Shown: in pieces, positions 56,934 through 59,708 of the stretch
Layout of the letters: each line of letters starts with the position of its first letter
Numbering within the stretch: position 1 is the first letter of the stretch
Virus record (IMG/VR): IMGVR_UViG_3300017589_000117
Location: 1-59,708 of that record
Direction: 5' to 3' (one strand)
Origin: a virus
Lineage: Duplodnaviria > Caudoviricetes
Length of the DNA: 59,708 bases
Made by a program: the position numbers and the translations under genes
Notes under the pieces: model-generated
The model's input: the letters and a program-made list of their open reading frames with translations, nothing else
What the model was told of the DNA's origin: nothing
The model's database searches: none

Positions 56934-57292
56934 TGGTTTATTTTAAAAGCAAGCTAGCAGTAATTACTGGGTTTATAATTGGTGTTCTGGCAGTTGCTGT
57001 AAGCTACTTTGTTCTTAATGAAAAGATGATGATCTTTGTCATGATATACAGTGTCACATATATTGGATACTTGTTATTCTTTTCATTACCAAAATCTGAT
57101 TTCTTTTCAAATTATGTTAAACTGATTATGGGTTCAACATCTAAAGAGGAGAGTGATATAATAATGGAACAATTCCAGAAGGAATACAAGATAATGGACA
57201 ACATTGGTGATATAATGTATATTAGCTCAATGACAATATTACAATTAGGGTCTTTGGTTTCACTTATTGTAGTTTTATCTAATAAGTTTTAA
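56930..57292 (+). CDS. membrane protein (about 3 TM)
   Basis: Hydrophobic segments; start moved to ATG 56930. Confidence 0.6.
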   Translation: MMVYFKSKLAVITGFIIGVLAVAVSYFVLNEKMMIFVMIYSVTYIGYLLFFSLPKSDFFSNYVKLIMGSTSKEESDIIMEQFQKEYKIMDNIGDIMYISSMTILQLGSLVSLIVVLSNKF

Positions 57293-57303
57293 AGGAGGAA
57301 GAA

Positions 57304-57489
57304 ATGGGATATTCAATAAATGGTATAAGTGGTGATGATCTGGATAGATATCTTGATTATGTTGATGACTTTCTAAATGCTGATTCTGATGGTGATCCTG
57401 TTATGGGATTGATGCTGGATTTCGGCATTAGTAGATTAGATGCTGATAGCGTTATGGGAATCTTTACTGGGGATGGTGAACCATCATGA
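57304..57489 (+). CDS. small acidic protein
   Basis: RBS AAGGAGG; Asp-rich. Confidence 0.6.
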   Translation: MGYSINGISGDDLDRYLDYVDDFLNADSDGDPVMGLMLDFGISRLDADSVMGIFTGDGEPS

Positions 57490-57917
57490 TCGGTAAATTC
57501 CTTAATGGAGAAGTAACTGTTCTTTTAAGATCTGAAGAAGATAAGATTAGTCTGTACAGCTTAATAAGATCAAATAAGCCTGATTTTGATGAAGAAGATA
57601 TTGGACCAACATGTCTTCTTAACTTCGTTCGTATAAAAGATGGGAAAGTGCATACAAGTATCTTCGTATCTGCAGACGGTGGTCAAGTCATACAGTTCTC
57701 GACTTTTTCAGATAAATGTATTATTAAAGGTGGAATAGATCTAACGAAAGTTCAGACAAAACCAACTGTAGCACCATTTGATGCTTTAAGTGCCATAGAA
57801 TCTGCAATAAGCTGGGATAACAGAATTGAATACAAATGGACTGATGAAGATTTTATCTGGTTACATAAGAATAGAGAAGCTTTAACAAGACTATTGGCTT
57901 CATTGGAGGATGAATAA
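57486..57917 (+). CDS. hypothetical protein
   Basis: ATGA overlap. Confidence 0.6.
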   Translation: MIGKFLNGEVTVLLRSEEDKISLYSLIRSNKPDFDEEDIGPTCLLNFVRIKDGKVHTSIFVSADGGQVIQFSTFSDKCIIKGGIDLTKVQTKPTVAPFDALSAIESAISWDNRIEYKWTDEDFIWLHKNREALTRLLASLEDE

Positions 57918-57919
57918 AG

Positions 57920-58264
57920 ATGGGTGGGAATTTTGAAAGACTTTTTACATTCTTAGAATATATGGATTTTGGAAATGAGTATGTGCTTGAAGATGGACAG
58001 ACTCTGTATGTTGATGACTGTGCTAACATAATGATGAAGACAACAACTCTTGTTGATGGTAAATGGGAACATGTTCCAGAAAGAGATTTCTGTCTAAATA
58101 ATATGCCATTCTATGATCTGGTTGATAAATTTGATAATGAGCCAGATGAGAAGTATGAGTCTGTTAGATTAGCAGTAGCTGCAACAAGATCCTTGAGAAG
58201 AATTGGAAAAGGTGGATACAAACAATTCGAAGCTAAAGAAATTATAACTGTTGGTATAATTTGA
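57920..58264 (+). CDS. hypothetical protein
   Basis: RBS GGAGG. Confidence 0.6.
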   Translation: MGGNFERLFTFLEYMDFGNEYVLEDGQTLYVDDCANIMMKTTTLVDGKWEHVPERDFCLNNMPFYDLVDKFDNEPDEKYESVRLAVAATRSLRRIGKGGYKQFEAKEIITVGII

Positions 58265-58301
58265 TGTTTATCCATTGTATAAACGTTGTTAATTGTGTAA
58301 G
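58263..58301 (+). promoter_or_regulatory. phage promoter motif
   Basis: GATGTTT-N14-CGTTGTTAATTGTGTAAG plus TAAGTA/TACTTA hairpin. Confidence 0.8.
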
Positions 58302-58319
58302 TAAAAGATACTTAAATAA

Positions 58320-59453
58320 ATGGAGGTTTATACAATGGAAGATAAAGAACCTGAAGTAAAATATTTGCATTTTAGTGTTGAAGGAAGTTTCATAACTGAT
58401 ATGGCAAGGTCAATGTTTTGGGAAGAGAATAAAACTTATAAAGAGAGTGAGACTTTTATAGTTGACTCTCTTAGATGCCCTCAAATAACTGAAGAACAGT
58501 TTAAAGAAATTGCCTTAGACATTATTGAAGGTCGCAAAAAGTTAGTCGGTCTTAACAGTTTTGATCTTGTTGATGACAATGAAAACATAAGACCTCTAAC
58601 ACAGAAGATTGCATCAATGGAACAGTACAACACAATTCGAGAGATTAAAGATGACATGAGATACAACCCGTTTAATTACATTGATGACTATGCTACATCA
58701 TCTGGTGTGCTAAAGGCTTTAAAGACAATAGAATATGAATCAGATTTGTCTGAAATATCTGAATTTCTTGACAGCAAGTCTATCGAACCACATCATTGTT
58801 TATGGCTTTTTGATTGTCCAGATCTTGTGTACGATCTTATTGGTGGAGTAATTACCATCAGTAACAGAGAAGAGTTCTTTGAAAAATTATATAATTATCT
58901 TGAAGACAGATTATATTATGAGTATCTTAAACTTAGACAGCGTAGATATGCTTTACTTGTAAAGAAAGAAGACATTGAGAGACCGAAGATGCTTCCTGTA
59001 ATAATTGACATTGATTCAACTGATCTTAATGTTGATGACATGACTGAATTAGAATATGCTCACTATCTTATTAACTTATATCCTGATGACTTAAGTTATC
59101 TTGTTTTCCAAGACAATATTGACAATTGGGAAGGATTAATTGATAGAGATGGAAAGTTCTACAGTTGTGACTTCGGATGCCATAACATGAAAGCATACAA
59201 CATTATTCTTACTTACTATAAGAAGTTTGGATACAAGACAAGATATGAAGCGTGTTGTGATGACTTAAACTCTGATAATTCTCTAGATAAGCTAATTGAT
59301 CATGGGTGGGCTGCAACAAGGTGTCTTAGTGACTGTTACATTACATGTAAAAAATATGGAAAGCTATCTAAATCTCAGATAGATACTATTTGGGATGCTG
59401 GTATTAAATATGAGATAAGTAACATTAGTAGCTTAATTAATTCAGTACTGTAA
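58320..59453 (+). CDS. hypothetical protein
   Basis: 377-aa ORF (start may be 58335, after GGAGG); C-terminal GLIDRDGKFYSC.FG.H. Confidence 0.7.
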   Translation: MEVYTMEDKEPEVKYLHFSVEGSFITDMARSMFWEENKTYKESETFIVDSLRCPQITEEQFKEIALDIIEGRKKLVGLNSFDLVDDNENIRPLTQKIASMEQYNTIREIKDDMRYNPFNYIDDYATSSGVLKALKTIEYESDLSEISEFLDSKSIEPHHCLWLFDCPDLVYDLIGGVITISNREEFFEKLYNYLEDRLYYEYLKLRQRRYALLVKKEDIERPKMLPVIIDIDSTDLNVDDMTELEYAHYLINLYPDDLSYLVFQDNIDNWEGLIDRDGKFYSCDFGCHNMKAYNIILTYYKKFGYKTRYEACCDDLNSDNSLDKLIDHGWAATRCLSDCYITCKKYGKLSKSQIDTIWDAGIKYEISNISSLINSVL

Positions 59454-59464
59454 AAGGAGTAAAA

Positions 59465-59708
59465 ATGAATTATATAGAGATGTACATGAAAGACAATGAC
59501 ATACAACTTGGAGATGAGTTAAGACTTGTTGAGGTTAAAGGGATTGTGGCAGTTGATAACTATATCTACCACTTTGCTGAAGGTCATAATAAAACAATTG
59601 TTCTTAAACTGGACCATGGTAATGAGTGTCCAAGTATATTAAATTATGTTTTACATGGTTTACTTGAATTAAGAAAGTTCCCAGTGTTCCCAGAGATTGG
59701 AACGAAGT
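59465..59708 (+). CDS. hypothetical protein, truncated by window edge
   Basis: ATG after AAGGAG; N-terminus resembles 50779..51042 (Y...FM..N.I...DE). Confidence 0.55.
   Translation, partial: MNYIEMYMKDNDIQLGDELRLVEVKGIVAVDNYIYHFAEGHNKTIVLKLDHGNECPSILNYVLHGLLELRKFPVFPEIGTK

Noticed and set aside
7770-58301. Recurring AACGTTGTTA repeat as a CRISPR array or mobile repeat
   Set aside because: Copies are dispersed, gene-oriented and upstream of genes, not tandem with spacers; no cas genes
46228-58666. Minus-strand ORFs in the plus-strand arm (e.g. 46228..46455, 48242..48487, 49373..49633, 58481..58666)
   Set aside because: Antisense to coherent RBS-bearing genes or overlapping the promoter region
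1-59708. Stop-codon reassignment
   Set aside because: Long conserved genes read through in the standard code and end in TAA, TAG or TGA; no suppressor tRNA is evident
1-59708. Apparent scarcity of GGCC/CCGG and abundance of GATC (restriction-site bias)
   Set aside because: Visual impression only; needs k-mer observed/expected counts, which I cannot run

Overview
AT-rich segment of a large lytic dsDNA phage. Strong AGGAGG RBSs and a sigmaA-type promoter suggest a Firmicutes host. From 1 to ~46.1 kb the genes lie on the minus strand. They comprise a nucleotide/DNA-modification cluster, an array of tRNA-like and other structured RNAs (~6.95-7.75 kb), and a full replication/recombination set. 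The modification cluster holds dUTPase, UDP-galactopyranose mutase, two glycosyltransferases, dCMP deaminase, a dCMP-type thymidylate-synthase homologue, a dNMP kinase-HAD fusion and an aGPT-Pplase1-like protein. The replication set holds NAD ligase, SbcCD, UDG-fused PolA, 5'-3' exonuclease, RecA, SSB, primase, DnaB, UvsW-like helicase, HU, topoisomerase II subunits (GyrB with an HNH intein), a putative origin-binding helicase and a phage sigma factor. From ~46.3 kb the plus strand carries many small accessory genes. A phage promoter motif, G(A/C)TGTTT-N14-CGTTGTTA-N4-TGTAAG, recurs about 15 times and is often followed by a 5' hairpin. Best candidates for new biology: (1) a furanose-sugar (Galf/Araf) pyrimidine hypermodification pathway; (2) a co-transcribed array of tRNA mimics with tRNA-like elbows but broken anticodon arms. 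All family calls come from motif recognition by eye; no database searches were run.
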